Assembly: GCF_964204645.1 (NCBI RefSeq) | Contig: NC_134027.1 | Coordinates: forward strand, 21,414,560 to 21,478,559 | DNA: 64,000 nt | Direction of reading: 5' to 3' | Origin: Tubulanus polymorphus | Lineage: Eukaryota; Animalia; Nemertea | In this document: positions 49,601 through 64,000 of the stretch, piece by piece | How the letters are laid out: each line of letters opens with the position of its first letter | How positions within the stretch are numbered: the stretch's first letter is position 1 | The notes under the pieces: generated by a model | Seen by the model: only the letters and a program-made list of their open reading frames with translations | Database searches by the model: none | What the model was told of the DNA's origin: nothing | Made by a program: the position numbers and the translations under genes

Positions 49601-50330
49601 TTAAACCATTCTTCCCTCGAACCAGGGGAGGATGCAGGAAAACCCTGTTAGCCTAGCCGTGGTAAGGCTAACCAGCTGAAAGTAAAAGGCCGTACGAAGA
49701 CAATGGTTAGCGAACAGTGATTTCTTGCGCCCACTTATGCCCAACCACAGTTAACTAACCACGGTTAGCACTAACAGGGTGTTCCTGCGCCGGTCCCTGG
49801 TAATTCATACCCCTGCCGAAGGTGCAGGCACGGAGCCAGAGGAGGTGCTCATATGTTACCGTGGCGAATTTACTTCAATTTCGTCAAAAACTATGATATT
49901 GAATGAAAAAGGAAACGTCACTCAGGAAATTATTGCAGCTGCTGCACTTCCAACTCCACAGTCTCAAGATGAATCAAAATCGCGAATCTCTTGAGAATAA
50001 TGCGATGCAAAACCTTTTTTCAACAGAAATATCTATCTAGGTTGGACGTTAAATTTTTTGCAAATTGAAAAAATTCCTAGTGTTGAGAATATTGGGTTGA
50101 AGTGCTATGAAAACTTCAGAAGTCTATCGCGCCTCTTGTAAACAAGGTATTAATTCCATACGGCCTTTCAGTAGACTCGGCCTTACTCGGTAAACCACTG
50201 AAGATGGTGAAATTAATTTGGATATTAATCCAAATTAATCATTCTCAAATTGGTAACCGGCAAATTTGGTGAAAAATGTCCAGTCACGATGAAACCGAAT
50301 AAGGCCGAGTTAACTGTTCGTACATGTATA

Positions 50331-50532
50331 CAGTGGAACCTTGTTACAACGAACTCAGAAACAACGAAATTGGGTTTAACAAATACAGGATTTCGTCATA
50401 GGGTCTATATTGTTATATGCGACATTGGATTTCGACTTTGGAGTAAGAAAATTTCATTAATTAATCTTACGCTGGATACAACGAACATATTTTCATATCC
50501 CATTCGAAGTTCGATGTAACAGGGTTCCGCTG
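50331..50532. mobile_element. Tc1/mariner(pogo)-type MITE, copy 3
   Basis: TA-CAGTGGAACCTTGTTACA...TGTAACAGGGTTCCGCTG-TA. Confidence 0.75.
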
Positions 50533-53500
50533 TATTCAACTATCTATCAGAAACTGCTGAAAATGTTCGTTCATGTTACAGACAGGTACCGATATTCAGC
50601 CTGGACCAACAAGATATTTAATGATTCATTAGCTGATACCATCAAGACACGGCCACACCATGTTAGTATCATTGTACAGTAGACTTTGCTCAAATCGGAT
50701 CATTTTGGACCGTATAAATGTGTCCGACTTCAGGGGTGAATCTAGCCTAGGTTTTTTAGTACCGCTCAGCTGTGGAAGGGCACCAATGTCATAGAAAATT
50801 ATTATTATTATTATCATTATTATTACCCATTTTCGATTATTCAAATTGGCCCTTCTAAATTACTTCTACCAGAACTTGAAAAATAGAAGGGCACTTCTAC
50901 AATTTGAGTACCCTAAAGTGGTAGTAGCGCTATGGATCCGACCCTGGACTTGAGTAGATGTTATGTATTTCATATATAGTAGTGTTACAGAAAATATCTC
51001 AACAATCATCCGAGTTGAACGGCTATCTGAGTCAAACGGATCCAACCCGGGCAGAGTCTACTGTATCAAAGTAGTATTGATGCGGTCAGGTTGGAATCCC
51101 TGCTGAAGGATCACGCCTACACGCATTAACTGTAACAAATCCACTACAAATGGCAGACAGTGTTTATCACCTTTCATTACGTGATGGTTGATGAATGCTG
51201 GGAGGAGTTGGTTCCAGGCTGCAGATTGATACCTGTTCACACTCGCAACAATCGAATATCATGAACAACTATATGATTTGAATCTTAGGTAGAGAGATCA
51301 GGTAGCCGAAAATCCATAGAAACGAAAAGGTATTTGAATAATTAGTTTGTAGTCAAACACCTGGGTCCAGTTCCACAGGTGTGAATTAAGATTTGACTTT
51401 GGAGTTAACTCATTGAAAATGAACTAATTTTAACTCAGAGTTAACACTAACTCATGACCGTGGAACTGGATCCTGTTGCTAATTTAGCACTTGTAATTCA
51501 ATAACCCTTGTTGTATGTAAATCTGTGGTTTTATTCGTTTAATTCACTTGTATTCCAACTGAGAGGATATGATCCCGAAAATGTTGGTGTCAATAAACTG
51601 TTTCTACTCAGCAAAAAGACAAGGTTTCTATTGTTATTGCTTCTATGGATTTTCAACTAATGGATTGATACAATGTATATGATGATTTAAGAACTTTAGA
51701 GTCTACGTTCTGCGTTCGATGATCTGGGAATTTTAATTTTCATTTGAAACATGACTTATTCAGACTAGATAATTACTCCTACTCGTTGTGATAATGATTT
51801 CAATTTTTGCATTTTATCCTTTAGCCTCAGAGCAGATATTTACCATCAAAAATAGTGATATAGAAAAAACGGTTAATATTGAACCAATCTAATTGGTACG
51901 CAGTAGCAGGGCCGAGAATATCAGTCGGTAATCGGGCATTCGATCCTCATTTAATTTTTGAGTAATCAAATAGGTAAGCTACACAGTGGTACTCTGTACC
52001 GAACAAATAGTGAATGGGTCCTCATTCATTCAGGAGTACCCAAATAACACCCCCAAGAGATGATTTCATTTATAACCTAAAAATACTCTCAAAGATTTGA
52101 TAGTACTGACCCAGTGATACTAACACAGTAGCAGTCAAACCCAGTTTAATTGGATACGTTGTCATGTTACTAAAGTCATCACTATTTTGAGTCCCAATTT
52201 GCGTATACCCAATTGAAATCTAAGCGTAAGTCCTCATCTACACGATAAGTGTCCCAGCAATGACTACTTAAGCGAATTTGACTGTACTACATTTTCCTAC
52301 CAGCAACTAGTATTGATAGAGCCTGTGTTTGGTATCGGTGGTTCAAGTACCTTCGTACCTAACATCTCGGTAGTACCCCCATCAAAAAAATTCATTCAAG
52401 TCTCACATAAACTTACAACACCAACAATACCACAAGGGTCTCCGTACAACAGCCTACGTATAAGAAGGCAGAATCACATATAGAATTCCTGCGAAAGGCA
52501 TAATGAACTGTTTCTAATCATAAGCCGCGTTCACCCTATGTAATTTTAGAACGGTCGAAATTTGGACGAATTTAGAACAGACCAAGCGTTCGCACTAACG
52601 AAAAGTTTGTTCCAAATTGGTTCGTTCCATTTTAGACCGTTCCAATCTGAAATTCTAATTTTTGGAACAGACTAAATCTGCTCTGATTTGTCCCCATTCT
52701 CAATTTGGCACATTCTAGGTATGAACCCATAATAGAGCGGTCTAAATATAGGTAGTGTGAACGCAGCTGTATTATTCTATTGGACTACTTTTGACTACTA
52801 TACTATTCAAACCCGTTTAATAGAGATCAGTTTCATCCAGAAGTAGATCACCTGACTGATCACAATAAACCCCATTTGTATATCAAGTGATACATTGACA
52901 ACTTTCTTCATAGTCAGTGGTGCTGTGTGAAGTTCTATTCTTTTTTCCCTGTGTGTGACAGCAGATGAACTAAACATCAAAATGATGAAACCCAAAATCT
53001 GTTTCTCATTTAGAGGATTTTTGCCGAGTACCCTAGGCCTCAACCTAGACAGTGATATTTTACGGAATTGCAAAAAAAGGGGTTAACTATTTTACAATAC
53101 TGTGAAAGTTACAGTAAACTCCTCTTCTCAAATGCTTTCAAGAAGGAATAACTCAATTTTAACTCAAACGCAAATCTTAGGATGATAAATAGGAAGAGAT
53201 ACACATGTACCTTTTTTCTCCCAATCGGTCCGGTCACTTTAGTTAACCGCAATAAAATTTGTAATCGGTTCATTTCTATAACTTGCCAGTCTGTTTTTGT
53301 TAGTTAGATCATGGTTTTCAAGGAAGTAATGTACAGGGTATATAGGCGGCTAGCCAGGTGAAAACTGAAATGAGAAACAAGGTATCAATCTTCTTTAGCC
53401 TTTGAGCCTATGAACAAATTGCAACAGAATGCAAATTAAATTCAATCGTTTAAGTAGAATTATCACGTACATCGGACAAAAATCACAGAGTCAAGTAAGG

Positions 53501-55109
53501 AGGACATTTTCCCAGTGTTCAATAAACAAATTCAGATTAAATCATCAAGGCTAACTGGGTTATTATCATTAGCTTATCTAATAAGAATAGTTTTGTGAAT
53601 TTTGGTTACATAATCCCAGGTCTATAAAACAAAGCCCAACAAACAAGGGATTGGTCTTCAGACCAGTTTCACAAAAAGGAGCAAATCCTAAATTGGTTCA
53701 AGATAAACTGAATCGAAGAAGAAATAAAATCGATTTAGGCGTACTCTTGTTTTTGAAAACCGAATTCAGAAAGCATGAATTAATTAGACAGTCAGTCTAC
53801 TGGCGGTCGTCGGGCTTTTTCCAACAGTGCCCCAAAATTGTGGAACAAGCCTCCTGTTAACCTTCGCACCATAACCTTGGGCATCCCTGGGGCCCCCCCA
53901 GGGATGCCCACGGGTTTCGGTAGTTCGAACGAACCCCCTTTTTTGAATTTTCGTCGGCACATAATCTGCATTTCCTAAATTAGCAAAATAAAATCGATAC
54001 ATTCAAAGTAAATGGGAACCAGTCGACCTATCTTCATATTTTCATTCAGACCAACAATTCAAACTTTACTGTTTTAAGCACAAACTTTTTCATGAAACCA
54101 GGACCCTTAACTATGAAGTTGGCCAACTCATTTGATTATCAACGAATTAGGAGAACCTTTGAAAACGGCATATTTCATTTAAAAAATCTACATAATACAG
54201 CACGCGTCTCAACAGTCACACTCTTACAACCTTACAACATTCTTTATTTATCAGTTCAGTTTAAAAAATTTCTATGGACTTTTTATGGACTTTTAGTCAT
54301 CGCGTGAAAACAGCATACTGTTCTCGTGTCATTGACGTCTACGGCTACATCTTTCGTTTTAAAAGTCGTCGTTATAAAAGAATAAAGCATAATGTTTACT
54401 TCACGCGAGTGACTCTTTTATCAACTTGCGGCACACTCCATCTATATGCAAGACTCTTCAATCTGTAACTACTATGGTCAATCCCGGTTAAACCCATACA
54501 TAAAGTCCATTGTTGTTGTATTGGCTCGCCACTTAATATTTCCCATTGAAAAAATACCTAATTTGTAAAATAAAATCATTCAAAACTTACTTGATTTTCA
54601 CAAATTTTCAAAACTGATCAGAAGCTTGGCCCATTAGAAAATACAACCCATACGCCCAAATCTAGTGATCATGATTTTTTGGAAATATCGTAAGTAAGCT
54701 CTTCTTCCGATAAAGTGAGTGAAATAGGGCACAGTAAAGATCTACTGATCGTTTACACAAAATGTAAATAAGTTTCAATCAAAAAAAAATTCATATCGTG
54801 ATTAAGATTCGGAGAAAAAATAATTCGATCAGCAGTGGCGTTGGAAGTGCAGCGACTGCAGCGGCCAAAGCCGCGGCAATAATTTACTGAATGACGTTTT
54901 TTTTTCGCCGCCCTTCGCCGTGGCAATATTAAGAATCTGTCCAAAATCGGCATTTGGCCGCAGCAATAAAGCATTGCTTCCAACGTGCCTGATCAGCTTG
55001 CCGAATTCGTGGAGTACAAGTTGGCTGCGGTAAGCGGGATTGACCATTATATTACTTCCTAAAAAGTCTTTCATTCATTGCTAGCTCAGCGTTCACAACG
55101 TTGAGCATA

Positions 55110-58100
55110 TCATCTGAGTTCCACGAGTAAAACATATTCCTTTAAACTTTCGGGCAGAGGAAGTTTGTGAACTTTTTGCATAGGGTAATTTCCGAGACAT
55201 TGGCGTATTCGAGCTCGACACAGGTCTTTCAGCGGCATGCTGTTCTCTGACAGCTTGTTCAGTTTATCACAGAAATCCTTTTGACACGTCAGTTGTTTCG
55301 GAATTTCGCCAGTTTTCTGAAATTGAAGGACACTCAAATTGACTCAAATTCGAAGTTGCAGGTTAAACTTCATTCCGGATCCAGTCTCTCATTTTTGGAA
55401 ATGATCTTGTTACACAGAATGATTTAAGACATTCCGTAAAATTCTACCAACACCCGGAAATGTGTTATCATGACACGAAAATCTAGTCGCTCTTTGAAAC
55501 AAGCTTCTGGAAATTAGTCCATTTTTCTTTATCCAAAACCTCAGCAAAACAGTGAAATCTCCAATGGAAAGTGTTCGAAGCTGATGCGATTGTATAACAT
55601 AAATATTGGAAAATCTGAGCTAATAACATACACACCTTATTCCTGTAAGTAAGAAGTGCTCCAGCAGATATCAGATAATTTATTATTTCAGTTTGTCCAT
55701 TACACGCTGCCAGGTACATCGGAGTTACGCCCCAATTATCTTGTTTATTTACATCGGCTCCGTGCTGAAAATACACACAATAATCATTTAACAAAAATTC
55801 CACCAGCTTAAACAGCATAGCTGCCGACTATTGCTGCTAAAACCGAAATGTCACATACTTCCCCATGCGTAACTCGAAATCAGATGTCATTTGATATATT
55901 TCAGGGCATGAACCCATGCTATGCGGTGTATAATCCATCAACCCTAAATTGCGACTACCCTGCGCTGCGGTGTATACATGTAATTGCTATCACTTAGGAC
56001 GTATAATTGATGCGATTGTAGACACGCGAAACCTCAGTCGTTATGGTCAACTTCGTTAAACCTACTTTAACTTAAAATCTCTATTGAAAGATCGCAGCAC
56101 CTGTCAATCATTGATTATTAGGGGCGTACTCTTTTATGACCTCCGAAGTCTCCATCCGAAATCTCCGGTTTGCTCCACACAAAATCCGAATCCCACCACC
56201 TCGACAAAAAGGAGGTTTGGGACTCTCCAAAAGGTCACATGACCAATGAAAGAGTACGATTGGAAGAAAACCGATTCTCTGATCTGATAGAAGAGTACAC
56301 CACAGCAATTAATGATACACTGCACTGGGGGATAGACGCAATATAGTGGTATGCACATCATACAACCCACAGGTGTGGAAATTTCCAAACTTGCATTTGT
56401 CATCTGCAATTTGGTCTAAAGGCTGGCTTATGTCGACAAGCAACGCGACGCCTACCGACGCAATGGGGTTTATTGCCCATTAGCGGCAACTAGCGGCCGC
56501 CATTTGCTGCTCTATCGGTTTGATAGACTCATCGACTCGTCGCATGCCGTATCAGGCTAGTTGCCCATGTTCTACTCTGGCCTACGGTAGGCGGACATTT
56601 GCTTTCGATCGCAACCGACATAAGCTCATCTGCGACGCGACGGAACTGAGCGTCATTCGTAATAAGTCATCAACTTTCAAATTCAAGCAGTTCAAAATGT
56701 AAACCAAACCTTCAGTACGGCAGAGGACTGGACCGAAGATCTAGAAACGAAATTGGTAGAATTATGGTGTGAGCGGCCATCTTTATATAATGTCGCTAGC
56801 ACAACATTCAAAACCGAATCGGAAAGATTAAGATCTTAAAGAAATAGCTTTTCTAATAGAAATATATTTCCCAATAATTCAAGATAATTCAAATTTTTCC
56901 ACAAAATGCTTATCACGTGACCATCTGAGCCGTTGCAGTTGCCAGTAATCGCAACCGACATAAGCAGGGAAGCAACTTGGGAGGATCTCGTATCCCGCTA
57001 GTCGGCCTCAGTTGCTACGAATCGGAGCGCAGTTGACATAAGCTGGGCTGCGATCGCGGTTGCTCTCAGTTGCTTTAAGAACAATCAGGCTACATTGCGA
57101 AGTCGAGTGGCCGGTTCGGCCAAGACTCGTTTGTCGGATCTTAGCTACACTGAGGTCACCTAAGATACACGATCATTTTGAACCAAACGCTTAGTCATGC
57201 GATGTGGACATCTGTCGTCGTTCATTGGAAATGACCTTACGATCAGTTGCAAGTACACTCGGGTCACATAAGATTGTCTAACGCCTGATCTGCGATCAGT
57301 TTTAACAGTGCACTCATGTCCTGAACATTCCCAAACCTGAAAATCGGTGACTGGTTGCCAATTTGTTACGACGTGACCATCAGGTCGGATCTTATTAGAC
57401 CTGAATTAGGCTTTAAGCAATCGAATGAAAAACTAACAGCACTATCACTATCAATACGATAGATGCAATTAAACATGAAAAAGTGATGACACCTCGGACA
57501 TGGACTCGCGCCGTAGGGCAATCTTACCTTAATTAGAAGTAAAGCGCATTCTGGATATAAACTGACGACCGATAGTAACGGAGTACCTCCGTGACGACAC
57601 TGAGTGTTCATATCGGCACCGTATTTCAACAGCATCTCAATACTATCCTTATGGCCTTTATAACACGCCCAGTAGAGAGGAGTTTTACCGTAGTAGTCTT
57701 GTTTATTCAGACATGACCGACCTAAATTGAAAGGAGAGAATATAGTGCAATAATTCCATCAGGTAGTGAAGTTCAAATGCGTTCCTTCACAGATTTATGT
57801 CTATGCATTAAACAGTTATTTATGTAATTATATTCTTTTCAAAGCATCCCGTGTGGACAATCAATGATACTTTTGTTACATGCCTCGAGAATGCTTAAAT
57901 TCAATTCAATACAGGTTTTCATTTCATTTCTAATTAGAATTGGTGGATTTAGGTTCTCTGATGGTGAAGCCTCACAACAATGAGCATCAACCTCTTGATT
58001 ACCCTGATACTGGTGCTTTTTGGGATTCGGGATCTAACCGGACATCATCACTTAGCCGATTCATACCTGATAGAATTGAAACTGCCACCGAACAAAACCC

Positions 58101-58851
58101 TGCCACAATAGACCAAGTGTGCATGTAGTAGTGCAGCTAAGCCGAGCACGGGATATTCGATTCAATTTCTGATTGGCAAAAGCAGCATAATTACATGGGC
58201 ACTGGGTCTATTTGGACCAAGATCAACCACTAGATTGAACCGAGAATGAATGCCTGCCGATGGGGAAGATGATGGGACTGCCACAATAATGTATTCTCCC
58301 TCGGCAGGGATTCGAACCCGATGACTCGCTACACTCAGCCATGGTACGAAACCCTGCCACACTAGACCGGGTGCGCAGGTACATGCGCAGGTTAACCAAA
58401 CGAAAACTTGCGGCACCAATCAGATTGCTCCTTGTATAATCGCTGAGGCAAATATCACGGAAGAACTATAATAAGTGGGAAAACCCGGGCTAAAATAAAA
58501 CGGGACATTTGATTGGCTAATAATGACATCGTCTAATCTGAGCCTAGTGTGGTAGCATTTCGTACCGTGGCAATCTCGATGCCATCGGGTTCAAATCCCC
58601 GCCGGGGGAGGATGCGATAACGAAGAGTACGAACCGTTTTTCGTGACGATATCTTTGATGCGTTCGAGGTTCCCGTGGCTGGCCGCGTAATGCAAGTCGG
58701 TCCATTCGTGATTGAAACTCGGCGGTTTGTCTTTGTACGGCGACGCTTTCGCGTTGTAAACGTCGTCGGAGTGCGTACGCTTCGAGCCGCGTCGTATCGA
58801 CCAACCGATCGGAATATCCAGACATTGAAATACCGACTGGTCGCTGCCCAT
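55110..58851 (-). CDS. Ankyrin repeat and SOCS box-containing (ASB-family) protein, 4 exons
   Basis: Exons 58851-58635, 57721-57528, 55764-55636 and 55316-55110 with consistent phases (1, 0, 0). Ankyrin motifs TDLHYAA, GKTPLYWA, GGTPLLS and GVTPMYLAA. SOCS box PLKDLCRARIR...LPLPESLKEYV. An upstream in-frame ATG at 58902 is an alternative start. Confidence 0.9.
56421..57073 (-). mobile_element. Reverse-oriented, one-end-truncated copy of the 7941-9988 element in ASB intron 2
   Basis: Reverse complement of the array unit, starting with the same GGCTGGCTTATGTCGACAAGC terminus. Confidence 0.85.
58290..58610. repeat. Head-to-head pair of tRNA-like (Pol III B-box) units in ASB intron 1
   Basis: GGGATTCGAACCC at the left end and GGGTTCAAATCCC at the right end. 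The spacer has CCAAT and ATTGG. Confidence 0.6.
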
Positions 58852-59524
58852 ACCGTCACGCACGTGTAAACAGCTATGACACGACGCCGATAGCCACTGC
58901 ATCGAAAAACTCGGCCGTTCGATCGATATAAACGCGTCGATGACCGCTGAGCGAATACACAAGTCTCGGTCGATTAAAAATTCCCGGATTTCGCCGATTA
59001 TCAAATCATTCAGTTTTTTTTTAGTTTTTACCTAAACAAGCGCGCTCTCAATACATATACGCCGTCTCCGTTTGCATTTGAAATTTTTTCAAATTGCGAC
59101 GATCAAATCCAAAATTTTTTACATTTCTCCTTGTCTTAACCTCGAGATCTATCTGCTGACAGTTTTATAGAGCCTACGCCTTGTGTAACACCAGTAGATT
59201 AGTTTTCGGTGATTAAATTCGTTTCATTTTTGTCGAAATATCATCTTGCAATGAAACGTGTACTTTTTTCTCGTAGATAAATAAGTTTCCGAGTTCAGTT
59301 TGGACGATAGGTATCTATGACTAGGTCTAGTTGATCACGCGAGTTACCACATCCGCTGACGCAACTGCCTCATAAAGACGCTAGTGCACAATTATTCATC
59401 AGTTGGCTCGGGTCCATGTCTGAAAATTGTAAAAAAAAATCTTAAATAATATTTCACTAGTACGATTAGTTGTGGACTGAGGGGGTTCAAACCCACCGCT
59501 TTTTCGAGTGAGGAATCCTTCCGA

Positions 59525-59800
59525 CCTCCTCCCTCGGCAGGGGTTAGAACCTGATAGCATCGCTAAACTCAGCCACAGCACAAAATTCTGCTACACTAGA
59601 CCGGGTGCCAGGTACGCAAGAAAACTTGTGGCACCAATTATGCAGGGGAAAACCCAGTCTAAAATAAAACAGTTATTTCTGATTGGCTAGTGATGACATC
59701 ATCTAATCTGCGCATGTAGCTGTGCACCCGGGTTAGTCAGGCAGGGTTTCATACTGTGGCGAGTCTCAATGCCATCAGGTTCGAATCCATACAGGAAGGA
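59525..59800. repeat. Second head-to-head pair of the same tRNA-like units upstream of ASB
   Basis: Same arms and conserved spacer (GCACCAAT...GGGAAAACCC...CTAAAATAAAAC...GATTGGCTA..GATGACATC). Solo units at about 58065-58140 and 61420-61520. Confidence 0.6.
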
Positions 59801-62800
59801 TGACCTGGTAAATCGCCGATGAAAACCAAACAAGTTGATTAGAATATTCTCGAAGATATTTTGAGTCAAAATGCCTTCAGATTGCAAGAAAATTCATCTT
59901 AATTTGTATATCCCTCACTTAGGCTTCACCCCTATGGACAGTCACCCTTCTCTGAAGTCACCCCTTTAAAAAATATCCTAGATTCACCCCCGGCAAAAAA
60001 CATATCCTCCCTAGGGCCATCTACTTAAAGATTGTTGTTTATTTGGAGACAACGGACTGACCCTTGGTTAAATTACTTACGTACCTAGATAGAAACCCGG
60101 CCTTTTCTAGGTCTCACCTTGCCGTTAACAGCTAAATTCCTTATGTATTTAAATCCTTAATAGGTTATAAATCCCAAACTGGACTGGCAAAAAATTCGAT
60201 GCCTCTCTTAGTTGAAATCTCGGCCTCACTTCATCCTTCCAACGTAAGAAATGTTATACATTAGCGGTGTTCCTATATCATGTGGGCGAGGAGATGCTAT
60301 TACCAGTAGCCTAATTAACACGTGCTTAACTTGCCATTATTTCATCTAGCTAACAAGTTAAAAATAATCTCCGAGTGGGGTTAAGGATAAAAATAGCGAG
60401 TTAGCTGCTAAATATAAATGCTGGTTTCTAAATATAGGCCGATGGCGGTGTAATTTCAATTAGGCGTAAACGACGTCAGTGCAGTTCCGAGCTCGTATTA
60501 CTCTACAGAGGATAGCTGAATACGTTTGAACCGGGAAAGTTGAAACAATGTAGATCCGCGATTGATATCCTTCGTAGACGCCGATCTGAAGTGCGCCCAC
60601 AACTATAGAAAAGGATATGCTATGACACACAATAACTTAGAAGACAATCGAACCGATGATACACGTTAAACATTGTTCTTTCACCCCAATGGTACCGTTT
60701 TGCGGGACCGTCAAAGAATTTGTGGTAAACTGCCCAAGCCCACAGTGCCTTCCTATTTCGCCCCAATTCAATCTTTTTCGCCCCTACCAGTGTTTTTCAA
60801 TCTCATTTTTCACCTGGAAATTTGATTTTTGACTTAAATCCTCGACTCATAGATTTCATTCTGAATATTTCGAATTTGTAATATAGTCAGAAATGCCAAC
60901 CTTGATTTTATCCGACACTGTACTAGTGTGTGAAGATGGCGCACTAGTACAGTGTCAGACTGAGAGTGTGATTTGAGTTGACAAGTATGATTGAGAGAAG
61001 ATAAGGAAATTGAGAGATTAGGAAAAATGACGTAATATGCCATGAAAATTGATTAGGTAATCCGTAACTTATCAAATTTTTTCAGTATTCTCAGGTGAAA
61101 AACACTGTAACAATTTTCAGAAAACCGAACGCCTAATTCCACACCATTTTATGGAACAGTTACGGAAACAATCAGAACACTTGGCAGCTTTGTATAGTGG
61201 GTTTTTAACTAAAGATAATCTTTTCTCCACTTCTGAGTAGAGTTTGGCTATTCTGTTACATTGTATCCGAACATAGAGCCTTTGCTTATATTATACCTGT
61301 TGACACTCCATTTACAAATTTTCTGATCCCTAACGTAAAAATCCGAAAATTCCTCGATCTCTAAGTCGGTATTCGGTGAACTCAGTAAAAAAATTAGTCC
61401 AAATAGAACTGAGTTTATCTAAGCTGCACATGTAGCTGAGCACTCGGGCTAATCAGCAGAGTTTCCGGCCATGGCAGATTCTCGATGCCTTCATGTTCGA
61501 ATCCCTGCCGGAGAATTAAGTACCAACAACGGCCTACAGGAATTTCTATTCTGATCGAATGATAATTGTAGCACTAACCTAAACACCTGTGTGCCGGCAT
61601 CTCAACGTGATAAGTCGAGACATCTCTTGAATATTGGCTTTGATACTGGAAAAAAAATTGTTAGGCTTATCCATTAGCAATATATGTAGTTCTACTTCAC
61701 ACGTCCACCATCTTTATTACTAAATCTGCGCATGATGCAACGGACGCCACTTGTCTCTCTATACCAGCCTATACAAATAGGCAGGAACTGCTCCTCTCCG
61801 TAATGCTCAGCTTATACCCGCTTAACCCTTGAGTTACGTAGTACACAGTCACGGGTAACTCGCATTTTCATGGAGAATTTTCATAATACCCACGCTCGAT
61901 CTATCGCAAAACCTTCGCAGTATTCCAGCTACTTTGTGCAAACAGTCGATTTTTCGAAATATATTTCGTGGACCAATATCAATTAATATATTTCTCTAAA
62001 ATTGAAAATTGTGCGGACTACCTTGCTACACTAAAACAGCCATAATTTTTCTATCCATGGGAATTCTACCATAAAATTCTCAGATAATCATAAGAACATA
62101 CTGCAGAATAGAAAAGAAAGCTTCGTTTAGCAAATATAAATATCCGCTATAAAATCAATATTTAAAGATGAGCGGGAAATACGATCATAAGTTGGTGTGT
62201 CGTCGGCGCTGTGGGACATTCTGACGAATGCGTATTGATGTGATGTCAGCTATCCAGATTCATCAGCGGGTGTAAGCTAAGCATTACGGAGATAGGATCA
62301 TTACCTGTCTTTCTGTAGGCCTATATTAGAGAGACGAGGGGCGTTCGTTGCATCTTGACTTGACTATGTTCAGAGTTTGAAGTTCGACACTAGGAGACTT
62401 TAATGGAGGTATCTTCCACTAAGTTTCCGAACAACCTTACCTTGTAGCTGGCCAGGCTGGGAAGTAAACCTCGGCTGGTCCACCCATCCCCCTCCCAATA
62501 TTTATCCAGCCGACTCTTAAAGCAGTTGAGAGTAGGGCTAATACAACACTTCTGGGTAGGGGCCTAAACCATTTTTTGGCAGACGGTGGGGAACAATAAT
62601 ACATACAGTATCATATCACGGTGTCGGTATCACTTGGATTATCAATTAATTTTAACCTGTATCAAAGCCCATTCACACTTAAGCGCCTGTGGATTTTCCC
62701 CACCATGAGAGGCTTGCAGGCCCATCAGACTTGTTTGTACTTCAGAAACAATAATGTGTTATATCCAGTGTCATAGGCCTATGTAGTTAGTTACCTAATC

Positions 62801-64000
62801 GTTGGTGGTAAGCTTTTTATAATCGGATGGGCTTATACCAACGTTAGGGATGACAAGGACCAAAACACGGTTGAAAAAAGTAACACTTCAAAAATATACT
62901 TTCTATTCACTTCAGTCCACAATTAATGGCTTGATTCACAAACTAACACAGGTACCTTTCGAAATAATCCAATTTTATGTATGTTTCGAGTGGTTAATCA
63001 ACATTATTTTGAGAAATTAATTAATTTCTCCACCAATTTCGCCATTGGCCGCCATTTCTCTGTATTGCACATGTGGCATGATAAGACAAGGGGACCTACA
63101 AGGATTTATATAAAACTTCCAAGACGAAATGACAATTTTTAGTTTTGATGGTTTTCCAACTTATATTTCAAATCTTCGTGTTTTCCATAATAAATAATGA
63201 AATAATAAATTCTGGTAAAAGAAAAATGTGAATAAGTGTTGATTTCTTAATTTTTTTCAATTTCGTCGTTTCGTTTCGTTAGTTTGTGCTGTTGTCCTGG
63301 CCTCAGTCCACAGGTGCCAGCACCTCCAGTAATTTTCAAAATGGCAGCTGTTGACCCGACGGAAATATACTCTCACTTCACGGCCGATTTGCACATGGAT
63401 TAAGATCGTCAGGTGAGGTGTTATAGGTATCAGACAAACTACGAATCTGTTGTGCATCGATTAGAACAAAAATTAGACGGATATCTTAAGAGACAATGAA
63501 ATGCCAGGCAAATTACTCGTCAGTCAAATTGGCTGACGAAGATTTCATACAAAAATGACCTTCCCATTCCTGACTGTGGTTTGTGAAAATATCCGATTGT
63601 GAAACTAAACCACAGACAGGTTACTGACTAAGGCCTATGAATAGTATTAAGACACAGGATTGACCTCACATTAGTTTTTCCAATTCCGAGACATCCCCTG
63701 ATTTTCCCTCTCCTTGTTTTCTTTTTTTCCCTCAACCCATAATCTGAATACCAGATGTTGTTACAGTCCCTTACAAAGTCTGACGTCAAACTGTCAAATA
63801 AAGGTTAACTCCTGTTTCTTGCAGTGCACTCACAGATTCTGGGTCATAAGCTATTTTATCAAATATACTAAATGATAACCTTATTGACTTTGAAAATGTG
63901 TCTTATATTTGTGTTCTTGATGATTTATATCGGGAACTGGCAAATTCATTGATTTCATTGAATTTATTGTCACAATCGGGATATAAAATAATGACAAAAC

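Noticed and set aside
58290-58400. Possible genuine tRNA (for example tRNA-Sec)
   Set aside because: A T-loop is present, but no consistent acceptor or anticodon stems, and the copies are highly diverged.
63283-63410. Exon-like segment ending in GTGAGG near the window end
   Set aside because: All three plus-strand frames have stops and there is no recognisable motif. It may be a UTR exon of a downstream gene, but this window cannot support that.

Overview
AT-rich, intron-containing animal (invertebrate-like) genomic DNA. Most of the ORF track is noise, so I rebuilt the real genes by hand from GT/AG splice sites and reading-frame phase. Seven genes are supported: (1) a 3-exon secreted single-domain VWC (SVWC) protein; (2,3) a tandem pair of intronless class A 7TM receptors on the minus strand, the second broken by a 1-nt frameshift; (4,5) two paralogous multi-exon secreted CAP(SCP)-EGF-ShKT-like genes; (6) an intronless secretin/adhesion-class GPCR with a Cys-rich somatomedin-B-like N-terminus, followed by (CTG)47; (7) a 4-exon ankyrin-repeat/SOCS-box gene on the minus strand. 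The most unusual feature is the 5' end of CAP gene 2. Four separate phase-2 signal-peptide exons, each behind a TATA-like element, can splice through one 14-nt microexon into a shared constant body. CAP gene 1 appears to need a 5-nt microexon at the equivalent position. Intergenic and intronic DNA is rich in MITEs, tRNA-derived SINE-like elements and Penelope-type minimal hammerhead motifs. All gene models are manual predictions without transcript support.
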